A stretch of 64,000 nt of DNA from a virus. Every line of letters starts with the position of its first letter. Within the stretch, counting starts at the first letter, position 1. Positions 1-9,744 of this stretch are shown one piece after another. A program made the position numbers and the translations under genes. The stretch spans positions 1-64,000 of the IMG/VR virus record IMGVR_UViG_3300033388_004609. The stretch is one strand, 5' to 3'. Under the pieces are notes generated by a model. The model was not told the origin of the DNA. It did no database searches and was given only the letters and a program-made list of their open reading frames with translations.

Positions 1-615
1 TAATATTTCCGTTCTCATATAATTCCACATCCATGAATTCAATGGATAATCATCATCATCACTATAACAAGCCTCACCTGTAACATGAGTAAAGTTCGCA
101 AGTGCTGTTGGATCCTCAAATAATCCATATACCATAATGAATCTTACATACCTCGCAAAGTTCTGTACTCTCTTAGATGTAAGATAGATATAATTATTAT
201 AACGAAATACTGTAATTGTCTTTGAATTAAATTGTCCATTACCAGCAAACTTTGCCCTTTCAAGATGAACATACGAATAATCATATGCCAACTTATCAAC
301 TGATCCTACTTTAATTATTCCATCAGTATAATGCAATTCAATTGTTTTTGGTAATTCAAGTTTACTCTTAAGTACACTTACACCTGTTACCTTACTTGGA
401 CATTCACTTCTGTCTGCTACCTCTAACTCCATGCATGCCGGTTGAATAATCTGATCATCTATCGTATGATTTTTATTCACTTCGTTCCGAATCCATAATG
501 CTCTTTGGTCATGAACCCATTTTTTAATCATGCGATTACTTAACTCATCATCATCAAACAGTTCTTGTTTTCTAATGTCAAGTCTAATCTGGTATGTCAT
601 TTCATTTAACGTCAT
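1..615 (-). CDS. crAss-like tail/ring structural protein, truncated by window edge (not in ORF track)
   Basis: Manual translation from ATG at 615 gives MTLNEMTYQIRLDIRKQELFDDDELSNRMIKKWVHDQRALWIRNE...FEDP..., open to position 1. Resembles crAss-like ring proteins. Confidence 0.65.
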   Translation of the reverse strand, partial: MTLNEMTYQIRLDIRKQELFDDDELSNRMIKKWVHDQRALWIRNEVNKNHTIDDQIIQPACMELEVADRSECPSKVTGVSVLKSKLELPKTIELHYTDGIIKVGSVDKLAYDYSYVHLERAKFAGNGQFNSKTITVFRYNNYIYLTSKRVQNFARYVRFIMVYGLFEDPTALANFTHVTGEACYSDDDDYPLNSWMWNYMRTEIL

Positions 616-637
616 CTTCCTATCTTTATTTTAGTCC

Positions 638-805
638 CTAATCGAAATAAATAATAGTTCTATTCATTAAATCATATAAATTGCATTCCGTATAATTCAC
701 CTCTACAGTTGATGAGATTGATACTTCCTGAAAGTATAAAGGCAGACTGGTTGCCATCGATTCCCAATGAGGTATATACTCATAATTTATTAATAGATTT
801 TTCAT
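638..805 (-). CDS. small hypothetical protein (55 aa)
   Basis: MKNLLINYEYIPHWESM...IIYFD*; fills the gap exactly, ATG abuts the upstream stop codon. Confidence 0.45.
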   Translation of the reverse strand: MKNLLINYEYIPHWESMATSLPLYFQEVSISSTVEVNYTECNLYDLMNRTIIYFD

Positions 806-1552
806 TTACAATGCTATTACAAGAGCTACTACCGTAGCTATTCCCGTTAAAACTTTCCATATAGTTGTTTTACCTTCCGCATCATCTCTCTGATCCCTCA
901 ACAACTCTTTTTCTTCTTCGTTATTTTTAATAATTTCCTTGTATGTACTTTTCTGTTTAGAAAAACTAATTGCTTCCGAATTCTGTTTAAGAACAATCTT
1001 ATCTTGAATCGCAAGAACAGACTTACAATTATCTACCTGGCTCATAAGATTCTCATTCAATAACCATAATTCATTATTCTCCAAATAATCCAAATGTATA
1101 TTTTTAACTTGTGGTTCATTAAAAGGATATTTATATTCACCTGGATAGGGATAAGCCCTTTGTAGGAACGCGTAACTAGTATCCGAAGGGATATTTAACA
1201 AACTATCCTTTAAGGCTCGTAAATCGTGCCTAATAGCACTCTCACTGTCTTCTAATACTATTGCTTTGTTCTTCCAAAAAATAACTTCTTTCCCAAGACT
1301 ATCAATCTCAAACCTGCTTACAACATTAATACTATCAGATATTGATAAATCCTTTTGTAAAAGAAGATTTTTAAAATCCAATTCTACAAACCGCTTAGCT
1401 AACTGAACTGCCTTATTTCTTTGACAACCATTGCCACCTAAACTCAGTAAAAACAAAACAAGTAATAAAATAGAACCTATAGTCTTTACTCTCTCTACAT
1501 TTTTAGAAACAAAATCAATCAAGATTTTAAACTTCGAAAATATTGTTTTCAT
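806..1552 (-). CDS. spanin-like lysis protein
   Basis: N-terminal hydrophobic segment ending GGNGC, coiled-coil body, C-terminal TM helix; downstream of endolysin and holin. Confidence 0.55.
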   Translation of the reverse strand: MKTIFSKFKILIDFVSKNVERVKTIGSILLLVLFLLSLGGNGCQRNKAVQLAKRFVELDFKNLLLQKDLSISDSINVVSRFEIDSLGKEVIFWKNKAIVLEDSESAIRHDLRALKDSLLNIPSDTSYAFLQRAYPYPGEYKYPFNEPQVKNIHLDYLENNELWLLNENLMSQVDNCKSVLAIQDKIVLKQNSEAISFSKQKSTYKEIIKNNEEEKELLRDQRDDAEGKTTIWKVLTGIATVVALVIAL

Positions 1553-1558
1553 AATTAT

Positions 1559-1678
1559 TTAATTTAAATATTCTACCATTAAATTTTGTTCCTTATCACT
1601 TATTCCCCACATAAGAATTATCTCATCATGCGCGACTTCAAATTTAAGTAACTCTAATAATCCATCTAAGCTATCCAT
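1559..1678 (-). CDS. small hypothetical protein (39 aa)
   Basis: MDSLDGLLELLKFEV...EYLN*; fills the gap between endolysin and spanin. Confidence 0.35.
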   Translation of the reverse strand: MDSLDGLLELLKFEVAHDEIILMWGISDKEQNLMVEYLN

Positions 1679-1688
1679 ATTTCATAAT

Positions 1689-2132
1689 TTATGGATTAAA
1701 AAAGTATATTTTCTGCCCTGCATCACGGCAGTCACAATGCACCCAGTTCACACCTGCTTCAAGTCTAATCGGGTACGGTAAATCTTCCTGGTTCCTTACA
1801 AGCCAATTTCGTACTTTCTCGGCTGTCATTCCCTTGACGCTAAAATCAAATGCCTGTGCTGTCGAGTGAGCACTCATTCTTACCTTGTCTAAATTAGTCC
1901 ACATTTTAGCCAGTTGACAAAGATTACAACGAATCCCACTTTGTGTTTGATTACCTCCCCACTCGTAATTATTAATGTATATAGGTCGGTCAATATGTTC
2001 CCTGATCCAGTCTATTGTAATAATAATTCTGGGGTCAAAGAATTGCCATGCCCGGGTACCATATTTTTTGTAAATATGATTACAGACCAATTCATGCAAC
2101 TGAAAAAACTTAGACCTTATTGCCATTTTCAA
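1689..2132 (-). CDS. endolysin, peptidase M15 family
   Basis: SGIRC..C, SAH...AFD and WVHCD Zn-peptidase motifs. Confidence 0.85.
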   Translation of the reverse strand: MKMAIRSKFFQLHELVCNHIYKKYGTRAWQFFDPRIIITIDWIREHIDRPIYINNYEWGGNQTQSGIRCNLCQLAKMWTNLDKVRMSAHSTAQAFDFSVKGMTAEKVRNWLVRNQEDLPYPIRLEAGVNWVHCDCRDAGQKIYFFNP

Positions 2133-2137
2133 TTATT

Positions 2138-2374
2138 TCATTTTTTAAATGCTGACAACTCAGCTAATTTGTGTAAATATTTAGGTGTAAATACCCCTAT
2201 CAGTAATACAAAATCAAATAAGATAAAATTCATTTCAATTTTTCCTTTATTTAAGAAGAAAATTGCATTGAAAATAAAGAAGCATAACAACAATAAAAAA
2301 CTGTTCAGCCTTGTTGAAGACTTTTGTATTGTCCCGTCTTCTAATTTTTCTTGAAAAAATCCAATTGGTTTCAT
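2138..2374 (-). CDS. holin-like protein (2 TM)
   Basis: KSSTR followed by two hydrophobic helices; adjacent to endolysin. Confidence 0.6.
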   Translation of the reverse strand: MKPIGFFQEKLEDGTIQKSSTRLNSFLLLLCFFIFNAIFFLNKGKIEMNFILFDFVLLIGVFTPKYLHKLAELSAFKK

Positions 2375-2377
2375 AAT

Positions 2378-2716
2378 TTATATTTTTTTAAATATTAATG
2401 TGAATAATTGTATCAAATCAACTCTATCATAAATGAAACAAACAACATAACTGAATCCAAACAGTCCCAACATATACCATTTTACGTTATTGCTTATCCT
2501 GTTTACCTTATCGGTTGTCTTTTTGTTTTCCCTCATTGTTCCGTTAGCTATATCCTGCCTTTTAATCATTGTATCCATCTTCTCTGCTACCCTGTCTATC
2601 TCTGATATTGTCCTTGCGTTGATTGCACTTGTCATGTCCTTTTGATACTGCAAGATTGATTGTTGTTGCAAGTCCAACATTCTTATCATTTGATCATGTG
2701 TAACCGGAGTTTTCAT
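2378..2716 (-). CDS. membrane protein, possible holin/antiholin
   Basis: Coiled coil plus C-terminal TM; in lysis module. Confidence 0.45.
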   Translation of the reverse strand: MKTPVTHDQMIRMLDLQQQSILQYQKDMTSAINARTISEIDRVAEKMDTMIKRQDIANGTMRENKKTTDKVNRISNNVKWYMLGLFGFSYVVCFIYDRVDLIQLFTLIFKKI

Positions 2717-2757
2717 ATTCTAATTTTTTCACTAACATTTATATAAATAACCATCAT

Positions 2758-4674
2758 TTAATCTTCATTTGATATTACTTCTACATTAGAAATTTCAAAA
2801 GAACCATATTCAGTATCTTCATAATCAGCCCTGCTCGAAGTAGATAACATTAAATATCTATATTTCGTATTAGCTTCTTCAAGTGTGAAATCATCTTCAC
2901 CCCATGGGTTAATATCCTCTCCAATACCTCCACCATATAAAATTTTTGCTAAAGTAGTATAATCGGAATCAGTATAAACTCTTATATAAAATTTATTATC
3001 TTCCGCTCCACCAACAAATGTTCGTTCTACCTCGCAATAATAAGTTGTATTTACAAGAAATTGATTTTGTCCACTATGAGCAACATGATCACCACCTCCA
3101 CACGCAATTATATAGTTAGCTCCTGCACCAGCATCTGTATAATCATAATTGATTTCAATGTTTGGTCCTTCAACATTAAGACCAAGAGTATTTGATACTC
3201 CAATAACACCCTGTAAACTATGGTCTTCCCAGATAGTAGTAACTTTCAAAGCAAACCTCATCACAAAATTTTTCTTGAAATATTCAGCACCAAAATCATA
3301 ATATAAATATGTTGTGGTATGTTCTGGATGAATATCTGTTACAGTTAACTTATCATTTATAACTGTAAAATTAGATTCAGGATCTACTTTAGTATATGTT
3401 GTTAAATCTTCATAATCACCTGCACCACTACCATTATCTTGTCTTATTATATACCCTTTAAAATCGGTTGTGGCTGTTATGTTCCACTTGTTTGCTAAGT
3501 ACGCAGTCACTACATCTCTATCCCTATCAGAGATATCCGAATTATATATGATGACTTCCATTATTTCAGCATCGGCAAAAAGTGATGTTACATTATTATC
3601 AGCCCCTAAAATTATTCCAGATAAGCTATTGCTTCCAACATCTCCACTATCCTCTAAAATTCCATTTATCCAATATTCACCTGAAGCACCATTAAATAAT
3701 CCACAATGAATATTATCATTTGCATTTGTCGTTCCGCCAATTAACAATGAGGTGTAACCATGTATTTCAAAATTATTTCCACTATAACGGAATATGTTTC
3801 TGTTTGGATGTACAGGACTATCTAAAATACGTTCTGCATCACCCAGATCCCCTGTAATCTTATAAACCACAAAAATAGTATTCGGCTGTGATAATGCACT
3901 CCCAAATGCAGCTGATTGTAAAAACGTACTATTAGCAGCAGTAAAAGTCACCCTCCCTGTACTTGCATCGTATGTCGGACGTGTTGCGTCATCGTTCTCA
4001 TTCTTTACATGAACATTTAAACTCCCTTTCCCTTCCCAGTCATCTACATATGTACCGTCAAGTGTGAATTGTGAAGCATCTTTACCGTCAAGCCAGACCT
4101 TGCACTCAGTCGAGATGTTTAATGGTTGGTTGGCATCGTAGGCTCTTATAACCCTTCCATCAGGATACCATTCTTGTATTGACCATTCGTCTATCCAGAC
4201 TATTTCACCAGCGGACATTGCATAACAATTAATTAAACAATTAGTTGCAGAACCAGCTATTATTATATTTTCATGCCATGTAAAAGATGTTGACAGAGAT
4301 ATAGTTCCTCCACCCGAACCACCAGCAGTATTAATATTTAATCTCGGATTACTAACACCATTTCCTTTTGCTTTAATTCTTATTTTATAAGTTTTTCCTA
4401 TTGTAAGATCAGTGTTTATATCTGATAATACATTAAACCCTATATGAGCCCCACTTGAATGATCTACCCATTCAATTTTCAACGCAGAAACCCCGTCTTC
4501 TGTAACCTTTGTTATATTATTATTACTATAAGCTATCCAACTTTCAGTACCACTATCAAACGTACCTTTCCCTGCATCCATCAGAGATTTATCACCCTGA
4601 TAAGTAGTAATTTTCTGCCCCCACCCTGCAAAGGCAAACAGAGAAAAAAGAAATATTAATGCTATCCGTTTCAT
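2758..4674 (-). CDS. multi-domain carbohydrate-binding/LamG-like adhesin with Sec signal peptide
   Basis: MKRIALIFLFSLFAFAGWG-Q signal; CBM4/9-like domain; WLDG..D ... EIMEVIIYN...YLANKW ConA/LamG-type domain. Confidence 0.6.
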   Translation of the reverse strand: MKRIALIFLFSLFAFAGWGQKITTYQGDKSLMDAGKGTFDSGTESWIAYSNNNITKVTEDGVSALKIEWVDHSSGAHIGFNVLSDINTDLTIGKTYKIRIKAKGNGVSNPRLNINTAGGSGGGTISLSTSFTWHENIIIAGSATNCLINCYAMSAGEIVWIDEWSIQEWYPDGRVIRAYDANQPLNISTECKVWLDGKDASQFTLDGTYVDDWEGKGSLNVHVKNENDDATRPTYDASTGRVTFTAANSTFLQSAAFGSALSQPNTIFVVYKITGDLGDAERILDSPVHPNRNIFRYSGNNFEIHGYTSLLIGGTTNANDNIHCGLFNGASGEYWINGILEDSGDVGSNSLSGIILGADNNVTSLFADAEIMEVIIYNSDISDRDRDVVTAYLANKWNITATTDFKGYIIRQDNGSGAGDYEDLTTYTKVDPESNFTVINDKLTVTDIHPEHTTTYLYYDFGAEYFKKNFVMRFALKVTTIWEDHSLQGVIGVSNTLGLNVEGPNIEINYDYTDAGAGANYIIACGGGDHVAHSGQNQFLVNTTYYCEVERTFVGGAEDNKFYIRVYTDSDYTTLAKILYGGGIGEDINPWGEDDFTLEEANTKYRYLMLSTSSRADYEDTEYGSFEISNVEVISNED

Positions 4675-4676
4675 AT

Positions 4677-5480
4677 CTAATGTTTTACAATGGTTAATGT
4701 CATGTGATTAATATCAAACGTATCTGATGTAGTGTCCGATGTTCCGTATATCTCAATATAATCATTCGTATCCATTTCTAACATCCAATTCAACCCTACA
4801 CAACTATCCTTATTTTGATTAGTAAATTTTCGTGCCATATTTGTAGCTTCTATCGTAGTACCATTTTTTGCTATACGAAATTGGGTTAACTGTTCTGTCT
4901 CCCCACTTTGGATTGATATATTACACGTAATAGTTACATGAATCGTTGGCGTTCCTGTGTAGGTTAACCGCCCATTTGATTCAGTGAAGCTATGTAGATG
5001 CCCTGACGTATAAGCCATTGTGCCTTCGTAGAGCTTCTCGAATGTCCCGCCTGTTCCGATTGTTTGTGTCCCGCCTGTTGAAATGTAAGTTAATCCGCCT
5101 GCATGAGAATTGCTTATAAATCCGGTTACACATAAATCACCTTCAACTTTTACAACATCTTCTTTAATATAGGCAGTATCAGCATGGGTGTTATAAATTT
5201 GTAAACCGTTGTCAAATTCTATTGTATCACCAATATCCAGATCATTTGTAACATCAATAAAATTAGTGATTAATGTATCATAAGTTATCTCTGAACCGTC
5301 TGCGGTTTCTCTCACGGTTGTCCCTCCTGTTGAGGTAGGTGATAATACCTTTACATCAGGAGTTGCCAGATTCGTTTGAAATATTGAATCCGTGACTGTA
5401 ATATTTTTAAAATACTTGTTTTGTCCAAATCCTATTAAAGGAATAAACAATACCATAATAAATAATAATAACTTTTTCAT
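4677..5480 (-). CDS. fibre-like protein with C1q/BclA-CTD-like C-terminus and Sec signal peptide
   Basis: MKKLLLFIMVLFIPLIGFG-Q signal; C-terminal GRLTYTG...IAKNG...LEMDTNDYIEIY jelly-roll pattern. Confidence 0.55.
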   Translation of the reverse strand: MKKLLLFIMVLFIPLIGFGQNKYFKNITVTDSIFQTNLATPDVKVLSPTSTGGTTVRETADGSEITYDTLITNFIDVTNDLDIGDTIEFDNGLQIYNTHADTAYIKEDVVKVEGDLCVTGFISNSHAGGLTYISTGGTQTIGTGGTFEKLYEGTMAYTSGHLHSFTESNGRLTYTGTPTIHVTITCNISIQSGETEQLTQFRIAKNGTTIEATNMARKFTNQNKDSCVGLNWMLEMDTNDYIEIYGTSDTTSDTFDINHMTLTIVKH

Positions 5481-5491
5481 GTCTATAAATT

Positions 5492-6199
5492 TTAACTATA
5501 ATTAATTGCAATATATTCTACTGTACTATTAACTGCTGGTGTTATTTTAAATCCATTTTTTGTTTTATTGGTTAATGCGAAATCTACATTATTCCCGCTA
5601 CCGTCATAACATCTTATCCCTATTGCATAACTTGTTGTACCTAATGCAGAATCAAATGTTATTGCCGTACCAGTCGTAACCACTGCCTCAACTGCTACTT
5701 TTATACTTGATGTATTCCCAAGTATTGCAACATATTCTGCCGTTTCATTAACTGCAGATGTTATCGTATATCCACCAATAGCTTTACTTGTCAAAGAAAA
5801 ATCAATATTATTCCCACTACCATCAAAACACCGTATTAAAGTCCCATAACCTAACCCTGCTAAAACAGATGAGAACGATATTGCTGTCCCGCTTGTTGTT
5901 ACTGCTTCACTAGCAAACCTTGTACTAGCTGATTCTCCAAATATAACAATATAATCTATTGTCCCATTAACAACCGGGGTTATTTTAAATCCAGTAGTTG
6001 CTTTATCCGTAAGCAAAAAATCAATATTGTTACCACTTCCATCATAACATCTTATAAATACAGAATAATCAGTAGATGATAATTTTGTAGAGAAAGTTAT
6101 TGTAGTGCCGGCAGTTGTAACTGCACTACTCCCAGCTCTCCCTCTAAGCGTTACACCTACTGTAAAAGGAATTCCTATACCTATTGCGTTACCAAGCAT
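5492..6199 (-). CDS. putative head-spike fibre with three tandem H-type-lectin/gp53-like repeats
   Basis: N-terminal MLGNAIGIGIP anchor; three ~70-aa repeats each containing IRC(Y/F)DGSGNN(I/V)DF. Confidence 0.6.
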   Translation of the reverse strand: MLGNAIGIGIPFTVGVTLRGRAGSSAVTTAGTTITFSTKLSSTDYSVFIRCYDGSGNNIDFLLTDKATTGFKITPVVNGTIDYIVIFGESASTRFASEAVTTSGTAISFSSVLAGLGYGTLIRCFDGSGNNIDFSLTSKAIGGYTITSAVNETAEYVAILGNTSSIKVAVEAVVTTGTAITFDSALGTTSYAIGIRCYDGSGNNVDFALTNKTKNGFKITPAVNSTVEYIAINYS

Positions 6200-6216
6200 T
6201 TTTTATATTTTAAATT

Positions 6217-6513
6217 TCAAAATAGAGCCCATAAATCATCTGCGACATTAGTACCGGTATCACAAATAATTTTTGTTAGTTTAACCGGGTTGTATCCTAC
6301 TTGTACAGGTATTACTTTCTCATCAACATTAACAGAATCAACAATTGTTAATGCACCTTCTGTTCCGGCAAGAAGTGAAAACGACTTACCAGGATCATAA
6401 TCTGATGTAGAAACATCAATTGCTTGTATATTTCCTGATTGTAAAACTGCATTAGTAAAAGTTTTAAGAACTGTTAATAATTGTGGTGTTACTTCACCTT
6501 TATTTCCTGCCAT
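6217..6513 (-). CDS. putative head-spike base protein (RcGTA Rcc01079-like)
   Basis: Pattern S..D......L.....G.L...D.......V..G..PV....I..TGT recalls the RcGTA spike base; precedes a fibre with a G-x-G-x-G N-terminus. Confidence 0.55.
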   Translation of the reverse strand: MAGNKGEVTPQLLTVLKTFTNAVLQSGNIQAIDVSTSDYDPGKSFSLLAGTEGALTIVDSVNVDEKVIPVQVGYNPVKLTKIICDTGTNVADDLWALF

Positions 6514-6536
6514 GATATTATATTTTTAATTATTAA

Positions 6537-6830
6537 TTACGTATTATAAGGTTCTAATAATCTGTAACAATGATCTATTATTGCCTGTATATCATTCTCT
6601 GTTAATATATTATATTCATTATTTATTGTTGTATCTCCTACTATATTGTAATCTTGTAGTAATACAACATATTTACTAACAAGAATATTCTTCGTGTTTA
6701 AATGATCAACATACCAAAAATTCCCTGTATGATAAGCCATACTTTTAGCAAGATCATCACCTAACCTACCATGGAACAATTGAATTATTCCAAGATCATT
6801 ATTTAACTGCGACTGATTCAATACTTGCAT
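6537..6830 (-). CDS. hypothetical virion protein
   Basis: Co-oriented within structural operon. Confidence 0.5.
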   Translation of the reverse strand: MQVLNQSQLNNDLGIIQLFHGRLGDDLAKSMAYHTGNFWYVDHLNTKNILVSKYVVLLQDYNIVGDTTINNEYNILTENDIQAIIDHCYRLLEPYNT

Positions 6831-9192
6831 CTTCGTATAATTTTTCTTTCATTAACTCATCAAGTACATACTCTCTCTCCGGATTAAACTCTTTATCACT
6901 CTCTATCCATCCTCTAATTGCTTCTTTCTCTGCTTTCATGTTATGATGTGCACTCGGGATAACATTATCTTTAAGGAAGTAATGTGACTTCTCTGATTCG
7001 AAAAATGTAAACCCTGTCAATATAATTTTCTTAAAATGTAACCATCTTGCTAACATTATAGCCATAATTCCTACACTTGGGAAAGCATTTATCTCTTCTG
7101 CTACTACAGTAAACATCTTTGCAAATTCATCCTCATCACTATAAGTAATAACATTCATTCCTCTTGCACGAAGATCATTTGCATTTTCATTCCAATATTT
7201 ATGCATTTGTTTTGCTGTAGTGTATTTTTGGTATAATGTATCACTTATTGGCAATATACCAAATATCGGATAAGTTACTTTCTTTTGAGGAATAATCTCA
7301 TGGAATAATGAAGATATATTTAAGTCGGTTCTTTTACCTATCTTCTCGTATCCCTTACCAACCTTAAAATTATTACATCTCATTATAAATGAAAGTGTAA
7401 TCTCTTTTGACAAATTGGTTTTGAATGGTCCATTACCAACAACTGTACATGCATCCATTTCACTAATCATAGGCTTAATTACATCCCTTACAGACCTTTT
7501 AATAACACTTCTATTAACATCTGTCTTAAACCTTCTCGATGCTTGGTTATGTACTATAACGGGATTAGAAGATACTATAAGATCATTATCGAATATCTTT
7601 ATGTAGTCTGCTGGTAATGGTATGTAATCTAAAGTTGAAAATTCACTCATTATCTTTTGGAAATTCTTAGCATCAGGTAAGCTATTTGAATTATTCTCAA
7701 CAATCCACCTGTCAATAAGTCTTTGTACTCTTATGTTATTTGCAAAATACATCGTACCAGTAAGCATCTCATTCCATTCTTTAATCATATAGAATGATAA
7801 ATCTCCACTTACATTATCAAAGAACACCGGTTTCTTTAATACCTCTGCATCTGCATCAAGCCATACAACCGGTTTATTATACTTATTCATCACACTTTTA
7901 ATAACATGTGGTTTCATCTGTGTATTCTTCTCCCATGATCCCTGTGGTTTATAACCAATAAGTTCATATTTTATACCATACTTATCTAATCCTTCTTTAA
8001 GTTTCTCTATCTCTTGTTCATATGGAGTATCTACTGTAAACATGGAAGCAACAACATATCCTGTATACTTACCTTTTACCTTACCCATCTTCTCATGCGT
8101 AAATTCAAGATTCTTTTGTGCCTGCTCCCTTACATTACCAGGTAATCCATTCTGTTTATAATTCAATACTTTTTTATTAGCTCTCTCTGCTTTTTCATAT
8201 TCTCCTGTATAAAAATAACATATCCCTAATTCAAAATCTGTCATGATATCATATTGTACTTTATGAACAAACAACAAATCATTCCCCGGATAAGGCATAC
8301 TTTTTATCTTCTCGAAATACAATTTAGCCTGGTTATACTTTTTTTGCTCCCTACATAATACTCCAAGTGAATATAAACATTCAAACCTATGTGGCCGAAA
8401 ATCATATCCATCCAAGTAAGCTAACTTTGCTTTATCATTCTCTTTCAGGTTAGCAAGCATTATCCCTATTTGATATTTAGAATAATACACCTCTTCGGGC
8501 CATCCACCTTTATTTACTCTTTCCTGATAAAACTTTATCGCCTGTTTGTAATTCTTCATATTAGCATATGTCTGTGCTAAATAAAAATAACTCCTTACCT
8601 CTGATGGATTTTCCAGTATATCCTTCTCAAGTAATTCCTTGTCCCTAACAAGCTTCTCATGACGTGTACCGCCATCAAAATGATGATTAATCCACAAGCT
8701 CCGTAATTCAATTGGTTGGTTTAAAACGTCTGATGTGATGTATTCATGTGTTACTCCTTTATAATACCAATCTTTATGTCCACTAACAAATAATGCCTGT
8801 GCAAAATCTAACCCACCTTCATATCTTAAATGGTACATGTCGGCAGTTAGTTTACTCTTATCAAAATCTTTATTCCAATGTATTGTAAAATCTGCATCTG
8901 CTAATAACAAATAATCTGCTTTACCTTTTGCTTTCCGTACAAGTTCTGTCCTGTTATGTCCAAAATTCACAAATTCACTTTTATATACTTCTCCTTTAAT
9001 ATCATTTAATTCTCTATCAATTATTTCAAGAGTATTATCTGTGCTACCCGTGTCGATTATTACATAATAGTCAATAATCTCCCTACAGGAGTCAATAAGT
9101 CTTTTAATGATTTTTCCTTCATTTTTAACTATCGCACAAAGGCAGATAGTCTTTTCTATTTTCTTTTCATTCTTCATAATATACATCTCCAT
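6799..9192 (-). CDS. multi-domain glycosyltransferase (GT2-TPR + DXD GT-A/GT77-like + GT29-like)
   Basis: ICLCAIVKNE/DTGSTD/DAD GT2 motifs, then TPRs, then VVWLDAD...HNQASRR, then CTVVGNG..MRCN..GKRTD, PSVG...GF and HxxxxE sialylmotif-like motifs. Confidence 0.85.
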   Translation of the reverse strand: MEMYIMKNEKKIEKTICLCAIVKNEGKIIKRLIDSCREIIDYYVIIDTGSTDNTLEIIDRELNDIKGEVYKSEFVNFGHNRTELVRKAKGKADYLLLADADFTIHWNKDFDKSKLTADMYHLRYEGGLDFAQALFVSGHKDWYYKGVTHEYITSDVLNQPIELRSLWINHHFDGGTRHEKLVRDKELLEKDILENPSEVRSYFYLAQTYANMKNYKQAIKFYQERVNKGGWPEEVYYSKYQIGIMLANLKENDKAKLAYLDGYDFRPHRFECLYSLGVLCREQKKYNQAKLYFEKIKSMPYPGNDLLFVHKVQYDIMTDFELGICYFYTGEYEKAERANKKVLNYKQNGLPGNVREQAQKNLEFTHEKMGKVKGKYTGYVVASMFTVDTPYEQEIEKLKEGLDKYGIKYELIGYKPQGSWEKNTQMKPHVIKSVMNKYNKPVVWLDADAEVLKKPVFFDNVSGDLSFYMIKEWNEMLTGTMYFANNIRVQRLIDRWIVENNSNSLPDAKNFQKIMSEFSTLDYIPLPADYIKIFDNDLIVSSNPVIVHNQASRRFKTDVNRSVIKRSVRDVIKPMISEMDACTVVGNGPFKTNLSKEITLSFIMRCNNFKVGKGYEKIGKRTDLNISSLFHEIIPQKKVTYPIFGILPISDTLYQKYTTAKQMHKYWNENANDLRARGMNVITYSDEDEFAKMFTVVAEEINAFPSVGIMAIMLARWLHFKKIILTGFTFFESEKSHYFLKDNVIPSAHHNMKAEKEAIRGWIESDKEFNPEREYVLDELMKEKLYEDASIESVAVK

Positions 9193-9225
9193 GCTTTTAA
9201 GTTAATAATTTATTCTGTCATTATT

Positions 9226-9744
9226 TTAAGTTTTATAATCATCACATAATTTTGCTGCACTATCTGTATGTCCGGCTTGTGCTATAATTGCAGCAGTATT
9301 AGCCTTTCCTGTCCCAATTGCTGTACCCTGTGCTGCTGGCCCTATTTCTACATCATCTATATTGCTCCATATGTATTCGCTACTTTGATCATTTCGTGCT
9401 GCTTCATAATAAGTCGTACCACCATCAATATAGAAAATCAATCCTTTTTGTGGACCTGTATCTCTTAACGAATAAGCTCCTACTCCTGCAACAAATGAAC
9501 GACAAGCTCTTACCGAAGTAACATATAAAAAATATTTATAAAATATCGCTTGATTATCCAACGAAAATTGATGTCGCCAAACAACACTATTATTATATTC
9601 ACTTGAACTCCAATATTCGCCCCCACTAAAATTACCAACTTCATGTGCATAAAGATTAGTACGCATTGCTGCTAATTCATCTTTTGATGGTAAAAACCAA
9701 TCACTATTACACGTGTGATAAAATGTAGGCATGAAACGTTCCAT
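9226..9744 (-). CDS. DUF1566/Lcl (C-type lectin fold)-like protein, circularly permuted
   Basis: DWFLPSKDEL, YWSSSE, VRACRSF and GP..GLIFY...GTAIGTGKANT motifs. Confidence 0.7.
   Translation of the reverse strand: MERFMPTFYHTCNSDWFLPSKDELAAMRTNLYAHEVGNFSGGEYWSSSEYNNSVVWRHQFSLDNQAIFYKYFLYVTSVRACRSFVAGVGAYSLRDTGPQKGLIFYIDGGTTYYEAARNDQSSEYIWSNIDDVEIGPAAQGTAIGTGKANTAAIIAQAGHTDSAAKLCDDYKT

Noticed and set aside
9226-9744. Diversity-generating retroelement
   Set aside because: The fold is target-like, but I saw no reverse transcriptase or template repeat in the window; it cannot be excluded elsewhere in the genome.
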